Assembly (NCBI GenBank): GCA_017452525.1
Contig: JAFTMG010000006.1
Coordinates: forward strand, 45,790-109,789
Origin: Clostridia bacterium
GTDB taxonomy: Bacteria; Bacillota; Clostridia; Oscillospirales; CAG-272
Direction: 5' to 3'
Length of the DNA stretch: 64,000 bases
Position numbers and translations under genes: made by a program
Shown here: piece after piece, positions 55,185 through 64,000 of the stretch
Numbering within the stretch: position 1 is the stretch's first letter
How the letters are laid out: each line of letters starts with the position of its first letter
The notes under the pieces: model-generated
Database searches by the model: none
Seen by the model: the letters and a program-made list of their open reading frames with translations, nothing else
Told to the model about the DNA's origin: nothing

Positions 55185-55771
55185 TACAGCACTCCTTTGG
55201 TGGAGGGGATCTCATCAGCATAGGCGGCATCGATCGCCACCGCGGCGCGCAAAGCGCGGGCAACCGCCTTGAAGGTACCCTCAATGATATGATGGGAATT
55301 GGTGCCTGCCAATTGGCGGATATGGAGCGTCAGCCCCGCACGGCGCGTCAGTCCCTGATAGAATTCCTCTGTCAGCTCGGTATCAAAGGTACCGACCTTT
55401 TCGGTTGGGATCTCCAACCCGTAGCAAAGGCAAGGTCTGCCGGAAATATCCACCGCGGCAAGGATCAACGCCTCATCCATGGGAAGCGTGATATCTCCGT
55501 AACGGACGATACCTCTCTTTTCACCCAATGCCTGCGCAAAGGCATCGCCCAGCGCGATTCCGATATCTTCCACTGTGTGATGGTCGTCCACGTCGGTATC
55601 TCCATGGCAGGTGACATCCAGATCAAATCTGCCATGCTTGGCAAAGAGCGTCAGCATATGATTCAGAAAACCGCAGCCGGTATCGACGTGAGATACACCG
55701 CTGCCATCCAGATCGATGGTGAGGCAAATATCCGTTTCTGCCGTCTTTCTCTTGATTTCAGCCTTTCTCAT
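55184..55771 (-). CDS. hisB: imidazoleglycerol-phosphate dehydratase (monofunctional)
   Basis: 195 aa. The IGPD histidine-rich motifs are present. No HAD phosphatase domain. Confidence 0.9.
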   Translation of the reverse strand: MRKAEIKRKTAETDICLTIDLDGSGVSHVDTGCGFLNHMLTLFAKHGRFDLDVTCHGDTDVDDHHTVEDIGIALGDAFAQALGEKRGIVRYGDITLPMDEALILAAVDISGRPCLCYGLEIPTEKVGTFDTELTEEFYQGLTRRAGLTLHIRQLAGTNSHHIIEGTFKAVARALRAAVAIDAAYADEIPSTKGVL

Positions 55772-55789
55772 ATCAAAAAGCTCCTTTTC

Positions 55790-56851
55790 TTATTCTCCGA
55801 GAATTTCTTTCACGGCGCACAACAGCGCATCCATGTCAGAACGGGTACCGATGGTGATTCGGTTAAAGTTCGAGATGCGGGGCTTGTCAAAGTGGCGGAC
55901 CAATACGCCGCGCGCCTTCAGCTGACGGTACAGCTCCCCACCCTCGATCCGATCACTCTCGGCAAAAATGAAGTTGGCGCTGGAAGGAAGCACGCGGAAG
56001 CCCAGCTTTTTCAGCTCCGTCACCGTATATTCTCTGGTCGCCATAATCTCGCGGCAGCATGCGCGGGTATATTCCTCGGCGTCTACCGTTGCCGCGCCCG
56101 CGATCTGCGTCAGGCGGTTGATATTATAGGGGTTGGTAGAGTATTTGATCAGTTCCAGATCGGCGATCAGTGCGGCATCGGCAATGGCAAAGCCGAGGCG
56201 CGCGCCCGCCATGGAACGGGACTTGGAAAAGGTCTGCACCACCAGCAGATTCGGGTAACGGTGGATCAGCGGCACGCAACTCTGCCCGCCGAAATCCACG
56301 TATGCTTCATCGATCAACACCACCTGATCGGGGTTGGTCTGCAGGATCTCTTCGATCTGAGACAAAGAGAGCGTCATGCCCGTGGGGGCGTTGGGGTTGG
56401 CGATCACGATCATCCCATCCCGATGGCAGTACTCTCGGTGATCGATCGAAAAATCCTCGCAAAGCGGCACGCGGGTGGCGGGAATGCCGTAAAGATCGGC
56501 GAAGACCTGATAAAAACCGTAGCTGATCTCCGGGAAGATCGCACCGTGCTCGCGGTCACAGAGCGCCATAAAAGCAAAATTCAGAATGTCATCCGAGCCG
56601 TTGGCAAGATAAACGTTTTCCTTTTTCACGCCGTAAAGGGCGGCAAGCTTTTCCCTCAGGACGGTACATTCGGGGTCGGAATAAAGGCGGAGCTTTTCCA
56701 CCTCAGCGCGATTCACCGCGTCCACCACCGAAGGCGCGGGCGGATAGGGGGATTCGTTGGTATTCAGCTTGATATATTGCATGTCCCGCGGCTGTTCGCC
56801 CGGTACGTATGCCTCGAGATCCCGGTAGGCAGCATTGAGGAAACGGCTCAT
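55790..56851 (-). CDS. hisC: histidinol-phosphate aminotransferase
   Basis: Class II aminotransferase. PLP lysine region SKSRSMAGARLG. Confidence 0.9.
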   Translation of the reverse strand: MSRFLNAAYRDLEAYVPGEQPRDMQYIKLNTNESPYPPAPSVVDAVNRAEVEKLRLYSDPECTVLREKLAALYGVKKENVYLANGSDDILNFAFMALCDREHGAIFPEISYGFYQVFADLYGIPATRVPLCEDFSIDHREYCHRDGMIVIANPNAPTGMTLSLSQIEEILQTNPDQVVLIDEAYVDFGGQSCVPLIHRYPNLLVVQTFSKSRSMAGARLGFAIADAALIADLELIKYSTNPYNINRLTQIAGAATVDAEEYTRACCREIMATREYTVTELKKLGFRVLPSSANFIFAESDRIEGGELYRQLKARGVLVRHFDKPRISNFNRITIGTRSDMDALLCAVKEILGE

Positions 56852-58134
56852 TGGTCACGGTCCTCCTCAAGTCTTGCGGTAGCGCTTCTCGCGTGGGCAC
56901 CAAGTCCCTCTTTTTCGGCAAAGTAGGCAACCTTTTCTGCCACCTTAGCAAGCGCATCCCGCGTGTAATAGGTGTATTGCGTCTTCTTAACGAAATCATC
57001 CACCGACAGGGGGCTGGAAAAACGCGCGGTGCCGCTGGTGGGCAAGGTATGATTAGGGCCTGCAAAATAGTCGCCCAGCGCCTCGGGACAGTTGCGCCCC
57101 ATGAAGATCGACCCCGCATGGCGGATGGCGTCCAGATAATCGAAGGGATTGTCCACGCAAAGCTCGAGATGCTCGGGCGCGATCTCGTTGGCGATCTCGA
57201 TGGCACGCATCAGATCGTCTGCTACGATGATCTTGCCGTTGTTGTCGATCGACGCGCGGGCGATCTCGGCGCGCGGAAGCAGAGGGATCTGTCGCTCCAG
57301 CTCTGCTGAAACGGCATCTGCCAGAGCCTCGCTGTCCGTCACCAGCACGGCGCTTGCCAGCTTATCGTGCTCTGCCTGAGAAAGCAGATCCGCCGCAACC
57401 ACACGCGCGTTGCTCTTCCCGTCTGCCACCACCAGAATCTCGGAGGGACCCGCGATCATATCGATGGAAACGGTGCCGTATACCTGCTTTTTTGCCTCGG
57501 CAACAAATGCGTTTCCGGGGCCAACGATCTTATCCACCTTAGGTACGGATGCCGTGCCGTATGCCAGCGCGGCGATCGCCTGTGCGCCGCCGACCTTGAA
57601 AATGCGGTCGACGCCCGCCACATATGCGGCTGCAAGAATTACGGGATTGACCTTACCCTCGGCATTGGGAGGAGTGGTGATCACCAATTCTCCGCAACCG
57701 GCGATCTTGGCGGGAATGCTGTCCATCAGTACCGTAGAGGGGTACGCTGCCGTGCCGCCCGGCACGTAAAGACCTGCCCTTTCCATAGGGATGATCTTCT
57801 GTCCGATGACGATGCCGTCCTTTTCGTTGATGATAAAGCTGTTGCGCACCTGCTTCTCGTGAAACGCGCGGATATTTGCCGCCGCCTCACGCAGGATCTC
57901 CAAAAACTCCGGCTCCACCAAGGTAAGCGCTTCTTCGATCTCGGCGGGGGTGACCTCAAGAGAGGTCAGCTTGGCATGATCGAACTTTTCACAATAGTAG
58001 TACAGTGCCTCGTCTCCCCGTGCGCGAACATCGGCAATGATATCCGCCGCGATCTGCTCCACATTGACTGCGGGCTCCACACGGGCGAAGATCTGATCAT
58101 GAGAGACCTCGCCGTATTTGTATATAGAAATCAT
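56848..58134 (-). CDS. hisD: histidinol dehydrogenase
   Basis: 428 aa. The family signature is present. Confidence 0.9.
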   Translation of the reverse strand: MISIYKYGEVSHDQIFARVEPAVNVEQIAADIIADVRARGDEALYYYCEKFDHAKLTSLEVTPAEIEEALTLVEPEFLEILREAAANIRAFHEKQVRNSFIINEKDGIVIGQKIIPMERAGLYVPGGTAAYPSTVLMDSIPAKIAGCGELVITTPPNAEGKVNPVILAAAYVAGVDRIFKVGGAQAIAALAYGTASVPKVDKIVGPGNAFVAEAKKQVYGTVSIDMIAGPSEILVVADGKSNARVVAADLLSQAEHDKLASAVLVTDSEALADAVSAELERQIPLLPRAEIARASIDNNGKIIVADDLMRAIEIANEIAPEHLELCVDNPFDYLDAIRHAGSIFMGRNCPEALGDYFAGPNHTLPTSGTARFSSPLSVDDFVKKTQYTYYTRDALAKVAEKVAYFAEKEGLGAHARSATARLEEDRDQ

Positions 58135-58148
58135 ATCATTATCCTTCC

Positions 58149-58808
58149 TTATTTTGCGGCTTGCTTTTCCGCCACCTCAGCGGCGATCCCGGCGGCGATC
58201 CCGGCGGTGATCGCTTCGATCGCCTCGGTCTTGAACTTAAAGCTGGATTTATTGGCGATCAGACGGGCGCTGATGGGCACCACCGTCTCGAACGGGACCA
58301 GATCATTCTCCAAGAGCGTCGTTCCCGTCTCGACAATATCCACGATCACGTCGGAGAGCCCCAGGATCGGCGCGATCTCAATGGAGCCGTTCAGATGAAT
58401 AATGTCGATATCACGTCCGAGTCCGTGATAATAGTTCCGCGCAATGTTGGAAAACTTGGTTGCCACACGCAACGTCGTCTCCGGGTCATCACGGAAATCC
58501 TTTTTGGCGGCTACCGCCATGCGGCATTTTCCGATATCCAGATCCAGCAGTTCATACACGTCCGGCTCATATTCCAGCAAAATGTCTTTTCCGGCAACGC
58601 CGATATCCGCCGCGCCACGTTCTACATAAATGGATACGTCGCTCGGTTTGACCCAAAAATAGCGAATACCCACCTCTTCATTCTCGAAAATCAACTTTCT
58701 GTTGTTTTCATGGATAGACGGACATTCATATCCTGCCTTTTCAAACATGGCAAGAACCTTCTCGCCAAGTCTCCCCTTGGGAAGTGCGACATTGATCATC
58801 GTCTTCAT
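58149..58808 (-). CDS. hisG: ATP phosphoribosyltransferase, short form
   Basis: 219 aa. HisG catalytic core. HisZ is encoded upstream. The C-terminal AGIAAGIAAE is encoded by a 12-nt tandem repeat. Confidence 0.9.
   Translation of the reverse strand: MKTMINVALPKGRLGEKVLAMFEKAGYECPSIHENNRKLIFENEEVGIRYFWVKPSDVSIYVERGAADIGVAGKDILLEYEPDVYELLDLDIGKCRMAVAAKKDFRDDPETTLRVATKFSNIARNYYHGLGRDIDIIHLNGSIEIAPILGLSDVIVDIVETGTTLLENDLVPFETVVPISARLIANKSSFKFKTEAIEAITAGIAAGIAAEVAEKQAAK
58182..58214 (-). repeat. 12-nt tandem repeat (GGCGATCCCGGC, about 2.7 copies) at the 3' end of hisG
   Basis: Direct reading of the sequence. In frame, encoding AGIA repeats. Confidence 0.8.
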
Positions 58809-59917
58809 TTTTCTTCACCTCCCGCGGAAAAGCGAACGATCTCGCCAAAACGCATCTGTGTCGGGATCTCGCGCTGCAGAAGAACGCTTTTTCCCTGTTT
58901 GTTCCACTCGCTCACCGCGGCACTCAGTGCCGTGGGATCGTCCTCATCACGATACAAACAAAGCACGTCGGCATCGTAGTCTCTCTTTTCACGATGCAGT
59001 CGCTCCAAAAGATCCAGATAGACGGCGAAGCCAACGGCACCGCCCTGCTTACCCATTTTCCGAAGCAATCTGTCGTACCTGCCGCCGATCAGTACAGCGG
59101 AAGGAATGCCGTCCACAAAGCCTTGGAACACGATACCGCTGTAATAGTGAATATCGTGAACCACGGAAAAGTCCAGACGGATCTGCGAGGAAAAGCCGTT
59201 ACTTGCCAGCACCTCGGCGATCATGGTCAGCTCGCAGAGCGCAGACTCTACCGGCAGATCGGCACACAGCGCCTGCAACGCGGGCAGGATCTCACCGATC
59301 GGACCGTAGGTTCGGATCAGCTGCAACAGGCGATCGCATGCCACGTCGTCTACACCGTTGGAAAGGCAGATCGCGCGGGCGCCGTGGGTATTTTTCTCGC
59401 CGAGTGCCGCCAGCAGATCGTTTTGTGCGTCGGCAGGCAAATGCATCTCCTCCATCATAGCACCGACGATTCCCATATGAGAAACGTCCAGCACAAAATC
59501 CGCGCTGATCTTTTGAAGGCTCTGCGCCGCCAAAAGCATCACATCACAGAGCTGCATCACATCCAGATCACCGATGCATTCCAGACCTGCCTGCATCAAC
59601 TCCTCAAACGCGTGGGTGCTGCGTGAGATGCGGTAAACGTTTTCGTTGTAATAAACCTTCTGCACACACCCTTTTTGCCATTTCGCGTTCTTCACGATGG
59701 AAAGTGTCACGTCAGGCTTCAACGCCATCAGCTTACCGTTGGTATCGGTAAAGGTGATCACGCTGTCGGACACCAGAAAATCCTTATTTTTGCTGTAAAG
59801 ATCGTATTCCTCGAATTTGCCCATCTTAAAACGAGTGTATCCGTGAAGCCGATACAGCTCGCGCAAATCGTAGATCATACGCTCATCGTATTTCAATACC
59901 TGCTCATTGAGCGTCAT
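58805..59917 (-). CDS. hisZ: ATP phosphoribosyltransferase regulatory subunit
   Basis: HisRS-like catalytic-domain paralog without an anticodon-binding domain. Overlaps hisG by 4 nt. Confidence 0.85.
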   Translation of the reverse strand: MTLNEQVLKYDERMIYDLRELYRLHGYTRFKMGKFEEYDLYSKNKDFLVSDSVITFTDTNGKLMALKPDVTLSIVKNAKWQKGCVQKVYYNENVYRISRSTHAFEELMQAGLECIGDLDVMQLCDVMLLAAQSLQKISADFVLDVSHMGIVGAMMEEMHLPADAQNDLLAALGEKNTHGARAICLSNGVDDVACDRLLQLIRTYGPIGEILPALQALCADLPVESALCELTMIAEVLASNGFSSQIRLDFSVVHDIHYYSGIVFQGFVDGIPSAVLIGGRYDRLLRKMGKQGGAVGFAVYLDLLERLHREKRDYDADVLCLYRDEDDPTALSAAVSEWNKQGKSVLLQREIPTQMRFGEIVRFSAGGEEK

Positions 59918-60207
59918 GACTGTTCCTCCTTCAGGCGCTTCATCACCAATTGATAGCCGTCACTGCCATATTGCAGGCACTTGTTGACACGGCTGATCGT
60001 TGCCGTGCTGGCACCGGTCTCCTTAGAAATCTCGGTATAGATCTTCCCTTCCGTCAGCATACAAGCCACGTCAAAGCGCTGTGCCAGATCAAGGATCTCA
60101 TTGACGGTACAAACGTCCTCGAAAAACTGAAAACATTCCTCGCGGGTCTTTAAGGTCAAAATGGCATCAAACAGCCGCTCGACCGATTTCACATGCAATT
60201 TATCCAT
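59914..60207 (-). CDS. YerC/YecD-family TrpR-like DNA-binding protein (candidate his operon regulator)
   Basis: 97 aa. TrpR-like HTH TEISKETGASTATISRVNKCLQYG. First gene of the operon, overlapping hisZ by 4 nt. Confidence 0.75.
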   Translation of the reverse strand: MDKLHVKSVERLFDAILTLKTREECFQFFEDVCTVNEILDLAQRFDVACMLTEGKIYTEISKETGASTATISRVNKCLQYGSDGYQLVMKRLKEEQS

Positions 60208-60256
60208 GGTCGTCCTTTCCTTGCGGTAACGTATATTTTTTACAATATAATGATAT

Positions 60257-60285
60257 ATTTTACCACTTTAGCGAGATAAAGTCAA
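60257..60285 (-). promoter_or_regulatory. his operon promoter, with a TATATT-N6-AATATA palindrome at 60232-60249 in the short leader
   Basis: Minus strand: TTGACT, 17-nt spacer, TAAAAT. The inverted repeat lies at about +1 to +20. AAGGAAAGG RBS. Confidence 0.55.
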
Positions 60286-60423
60286 TAGCAAAAATGCAGT
60301 TATTTCATCTTTTTTTACAAATTGAGAAACACTTGGAACTCCGTGCTCTTCATAGGAATATCCGCCCTCTTTTTTGTCCATCCTACTATATGAAAAAATG
60401 AAAAAGAAAGTGATATTTTCCTT

Positions 60424-60879
60424 ATGCTTCCATCCTTCAACCCACCGGATATTCTTCCGCTTCCGCCTCACTGGACCGTTCGCCTCTCCCGCTCGCTTTT
60501 TGTTTTCTCATCCGGCGGTGCGCTCTACTTTTTTATCGAGATCCTATGGCGCGGATACTCTCATTTCAGTATGTTTTTGTGCGGCGGTCTGTGTTTCTCG
60601 GGTATATATCTGATCCACCGTATATGCTGTGCGGTACCGCGCCCGCTCCGTTGGCTTTACGGAGCAGTATTGATCACCGTGGTCGAATTTTGGTGCGGTG
60701 TGATCGTCAACCTCCTGTTGGGCTGGAACGTCTGGAATTATACTGCGCTCCCTCTCAATCTTCTCGGTCAGGTCTGTCTTCCCTTCACGCTCATATGGTT
60801 TCTGCTCTGCATCCCCGCAGATATGATATGCGGTCTCTTTTGCCGCCTGTTTCGTATAGAATTGCCGCAAAAATACTAA
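60424..60879 (+). CDS. small polytopic membrane protein (possibly DUF1113 / putative ABC-transporter type IV-like)
   Basis: Four predicted TM helices. No clear RBS, so the start is uncertain. Confidence 0.4.
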   Translation: MLPSFNPPDILPLPPHWTVRLSRSLFVFSSGGALYFFIEILWRGYSHFSMFLCGGLCFSGIYLIHRICCAVPRPLRWLYGAVLITVVEFWCGVIVNLLLGWNVWNYTALPLNLLGQVCLPFTLIWFLLCIPADMICGLFCRLFRIELPQKY

Positions 60880-60885
60880 AAACCG

Positions 60886-60923
60886 TGGGGCTGAGGCACC
60901 GATTCAGTGCCTCAGCCCCTTAT
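60886..60923 (+). terminator. bidirectional intrinsic terminator
   Basis: GGGGCTGAGGCAC-cgattca-GTGCCTCAGCCCC followed by TTATTT. Confidence 0.75.
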
Positions 60924-60934
60924 TTCACGATAAC

Positions 60935-63900
60935 TTACTGTTTTTTGCGGGCGATCATCTTGAGAGCGGCGGCAGCCAGCGCGGCGGTAGCAACCGCGCC
61001 TGCCACACGCTTGCCTGTGCGAATGGTCTTGCCATGCTTTTGCACAAACTCGTGTCTTGCGGCGGCCTTCTTCTCTTCCTTGCGCACCTCGCCATCCAGA
61101 GTCAGCGGGCGCTGATCACCAAGCAGCTCACCCGGTGTCGGTACGGATTGAGCGGTCAGCTTAACGGAGGTACCCGTAATGGTGGGACGGTATACGTAAA
61201 CGATCGAACGGTCCTCATGCACGTCTGCGCCTTTGGCAAACAGACCGAAATTATACTGCGCACGGGAAATGATCTCATTACCACACAAAAGTTCCAAACG
61301 GCGCGCGCTCTTCGATCCGTCCACCACTTCCTTCTCAATGCGGAAAAGGTTTACGCCCTCGGTCAGCGCCGTACCGAAACGGAGATTGAAATCCTCTGCC
61401 GTCATAGGCGAATCGGGCGGGCAGATCCACAGTACCGCGCAGGATCTGGGCGGAATCACAATACCGCTCAGAGACTGTGTGCGGCTCTCGGTGGGTGCTT
61501 TACCCGTTGCGGACCAAAGACGCAGGGTGTATCCGTTCAGATCCTGCACTCTGTTGGAGGCATTGTACAGCTCCACAAAACGGTAAGCATTGGAAATACT
61601 CTCTCCATCGTCCGAAACATACGCGGCGGTGGCAGGAAGGATCTCCGAGATCATCACCGGCGTCAGCACACTGAAATCGGTGTCACAATAGGTCTTGCCG
61701 TCGATCTTTGCCGTAACGATCACCGTCACACGGCGCATGCCTGCCAGATCGGGCAAAGTGCGAACGACCGTTTTCTCCGCGCCGGCCATCATGTTCTTCA
61801 GATGTACCGTCTCATAGGGCTTGCATCTGGTCAGATCAGGACCGCCCACGCCGGTCAGATAATAGCGGAGGCATACGTCAGTCATGATCGACTCGGAACG
61901 GTTGGTGAAGCGAACAGACAGACTGTTGGAGCGATAGTCCTGATCGTTGGTTCCCAGCATCATCTCCGAAATTGCCAGCTTGCCGTTCTCTGCCCCATCG
62001 ATCCAGACGGGTGCCGAAACGGTGTACGTCTTATTGTTCAGGATCTTTACATAGTAATAATCATAATGCGGCGGCAGGGTCAGCTTCCATTCATAGGACT
62101 GGCGCGCACCCACATCCACGCAGGCGACGACCATATTGTCCTCGGCGATCAGCTGGATCATGCCGATACCGGTCTCATTTTCGGTCTCCAGACGGATGTG
62201 GAACTCCAGCTTTTCGGGATCCTGCAGATGAGAGCCGAGCCACTCACCGTTCACGGTGTAATACAGCTTCAGCGTCGGGTCTCCTGTGGTATACGCCCGC
62301 CGCGCGTGGAATGCCTCCAGCACGTTATCACGGGTCAGTGCGGGAGCAAGCACAACACCGGTAGACGCGGTTGCGGTTGTCCAGTTAATGCCGTGATTGT
62401 CCTCGTTGAAAACAGGTGCCGTATGCCAGCCGACGTGAAGCGAATTGCTGTATTCGCGGTCAAAGCCGGCACCCTTGATCTCATTGAGCATCATTCGCGC
62501 GTCGATCTCCTCATCCCAATGGGCAAATTCATCGAAATTGCCCCAGGAAAGCATGGGATGATTGAACATACCGATCGACTTGGGATCCGCCTTCAGCTTA
62601 TCGTACATCTCGGGAAGGCTGACGTTACTGATATCGTGCTCGATCCAATCGGTATTCAGAACGTTCATATGTCCCCAAAGACCGTTCTCGCCGTTATAGG
62701 TCATCTCCCACCCGTAGATGGAAGCAAAGCGCCCCGGCTCATCGTAACGGTCGGAGATCTCGATCTGCTTTTCGTAGACCTCTTTACCAATGTGGTGGGA
62801 ATGGTCGGTCACCGCGAAATAATCGACACCGCCGATATCACGCGCATACTCGATGGCGGAGGCGGGATCAAGCGCACCGTCGGAATCGCCCGTATGGGAA
62901 TGGACCTCGCCGCGGTAGCAATACATTTCCATCGGATCTGCCACCGTAAAGGCGATCTTGCGGTAGGTCTTGTTCCCCAGACAGTCGCGAATGAAAATCT
63001 CATAATGATGAGCACCGACCTTCAGCGCCTTTTGCGGCGTATACGTCACGCTCTTGGTGGTCCACTTTGCCTTAGCCGTTACCTCCTTGCCGTCCACGCA
63101 AAGGATACCCGATTCCGGCTCGACACCGGAAATATCCTCATAGCAGATGCGGAAGGTGGGCGTGGTGTTCAAAGAACCGTAGCCCTCGGAGGGGTATACG
63201 GACGAGAGGCAGGGTCCTTCATTATCCATAACGTGAGTGGTAAGGCAGGAGTCCGAATTACCGAACAGACCTTCGCGGAAACTGCCATCCACCGTGATAT
63301 AATACTGAAGATTGGGCGTTTTTCTCAAGAAAGCATGAGGAACGGTGGCACTCCAAACGTTTTCCTCTTCCGTAGGATACGCGAGGATCTCTTCAAAGCG
63401 CTCATCGGGAAGCAACACGTGGAGCTTCGCGCCGCACGCAGCCGCGCCCGAAACGGCAAAGCGGACCGTCAGATCGCCGTCTGCCAGATAGCAGGTCTCG
63501 GTATTCCCCAGCGGAATGACCGAAGGAACGTCCGTTTCATTCAGGTCAGGGATACTCTGCCCGTAGTCCAGCTTACCGGGCGACATGCGGACGTGGTGTG
63601 CCAGATTCACACCCACCTCGGGACGGCGAACGTCGATCTTCCAGGCGGAAGAGAAGCGAACGGGCGTATCCAGATGATACGGAACCCCGTTATATACCAA
63701 ACGGTAAACAGCGCTGTCATACGAGCCGCCGCGCGGCGCGATCAGCAGGGTGATGGCGCTGTATTTGATAGACAGCTCAAAGGAATTGACTCTCGGCTCC
63801 CACACACCGCTCTCCTCATTGAGACGCCCCAGCTCCAGCGGGATGATCTTCATATTTTCGGGAGAGTACGTCTCATTCGGTGCGTAAACGATCTCGCTGA

Positions 63901-64000
63901 GTGCCTCACAAAACGCCTCATTTGTCAGATAAGGCTCATTTTCAGCCTCGTGAAGCGTGTGGGGAATAAAGCGAAGGACCGCCACCTCACCGGGAGAAAG
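60935..64000 (-). CDS. large surface-anchored PHP-domain metallohydrolase (CehA/McbA-like) with a lamin-tail domain and a C-terminal TM anchor; 5' end probably beyond the window
   Basis: PHP motifs HSHTGDSDG and DYFAVTDHSHH. LTD-like ISEILPATAAY...RFVELYN. C-terminal AGAVATAALAAAAL-KMIARKKQ. The frame is open to the window end, and the codon at 63985 is GTG with no signal peptide after it. Confidence 0.65.
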   Translation of the reverse strand, partial: LSPGEVAVLRFIPHTLHEAENEPYLTNEAFCEALSEIVYAPNETYSPENMKIIPLELGRLNEESGVWEPRVNSFELSIKYSAITLLIAPRGGSYDSAVYRLVYNGVPYHLDTPVRFSSAWKIDVRRPEVGVNLAHHVRMSPGKLDYGQSIPDLNETDVPSVIPLGNTETCYLADGDLTVRFAVSGAAACGAKLHVLLPDERFEEILAYPTEEENVWSATVPHAFLRKTPNLQYYITVDGSFREGLFGNSDSCLTTHVMDNEGPCLSSVYPSEGYGSLNTTPTFRICYEDISGVEPESGILCVDGKEVTAKAKWTTKSVTYTPQKALKVGAHHYEIFIRDCLGNKTYRKIAFTVADPMEMYCYRGEVHSHTGDSDGALDPASAIEYARDIGGVDYFAVTDHSHHIGKEVYEKQIEISDRYDEPGRFASIYGWEMTYNGENGLWGHMNVLNTDWIEHDISNVSLPEMYDKLKADPKSIGMFNHPMLSWGNFDEFAHWDEEIDARMMLNEIKGAGFDREYSNSLHVGWHTAPVFNEDNHGINWTTATASTGVVLAPALTRDNVLEAFHARRAYTTGDPTLKLYYTVNGEWLGSHLQDPEKLEFHIRLETENETGIGMIQLIAEDNMVVACVDVGARQSYEWKLTLPPHYDYYYVKILNNKTYTVSAPVWIDGAENGKLAISEMMLGTNDQDYRSNSLSVRFTNRSESIMTDVCLRYYLTGVGGPDLTRCKPYETVHLKNMMAGAEKTVVRTLPDLAGMRRVTVIVTAKIDGKTYCDTDFSVLTPVMISEILPATAAYVSDDGESISNAYRFVELYNASNRVQDLNGYTLRLWSATGKAPTESRTQSLSGIVIPPRSCAVLWICPPDSPMTAEDFNLRFGTALTEGVNLFRIEKEVVDGSKSARRLELLCGNEIISRAQYNFGLFAKGADVHEDRSIVYVYRPTITGTSVKLTAQSVPTPGELLGDQRPLTLDGEVRKEEKKAAARHEFVQKHGKTIRTGKRVAGAVATAALAAAALKMIARKKQ

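Noticed and set aside
60208-60423. Possible T-box or attenuator leader for the his operon.
   Set aside because: The promoter maps only about 45 nt upstream of the yerC start. No T-box consensus (AATTAGGGTGGNACCGCG) appears on either strand, and no terminator hairpin is present in the leader.
1-64000. CRISPR arrays, restriction-modification, toxin-antitoxin or other defence systems, and transposases.
   Set aside because: No regularly spaced direct repeats were seen. No ORF carries recognisable Cas, methyltransferase, nuclease or transposase motifs. The only tandem repeats are the tRNA duplication and the 12-nt hisG repeat.

Overview
This 64-kb window looks like a chromosomal segment from a moderately high-GC (about 55-57%), spore-forming Firmicute of class Clostridia, probably Oscillospiraceae or Ruminococcaceae-like. 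The taxon call rests only on gene content (spoVB-like, CwlD-like amidase, site-2 protease, YerC-his operon, tandem tRNA-Leu) and is not certain. Coding density is high and most genes are core housekeeping. These are a tRNA-Leu cluster, putP, pcrA-smpB, acpP, radA, polA, a potABCD operon, dxs, a Ca2+-type P-type ATPase and a complete histidine operon (yerC-hisZ-hisG-hisD-hisC-hisB-hisH-hisA-hisF-[phosphoesterase]-hisIE). There is no CRISPR array, recognisable defence island, integrase or transposase. The items I consider most worth follow-up are:
1. A calcineurin-like metallophosphoesterase embedded in and translationally coupled into the his operon, exactly where the otherwise missing histidinol-phosphate phosphatase would be expected.
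2. An 847-aa cytoplasmic ECF sigma factor fused to a roughly 650-aa extension with an internal duplication.
3. A leader with a 17-codon uORF and mutually exclusive terminator and antiterminator helices upstream of an ABC-class ATPase (pfam09818-like) gene.
4. An XRE-HTH plus FtsK-gamma fusion regulator.
5. An extended NfeD-flotillin operon.
6. A perfectly duplicated tRNA-Leu(CAG) with an internal terminator hairpin.
All coordinates and motifs were read by eye from the sequence. No database search was run.
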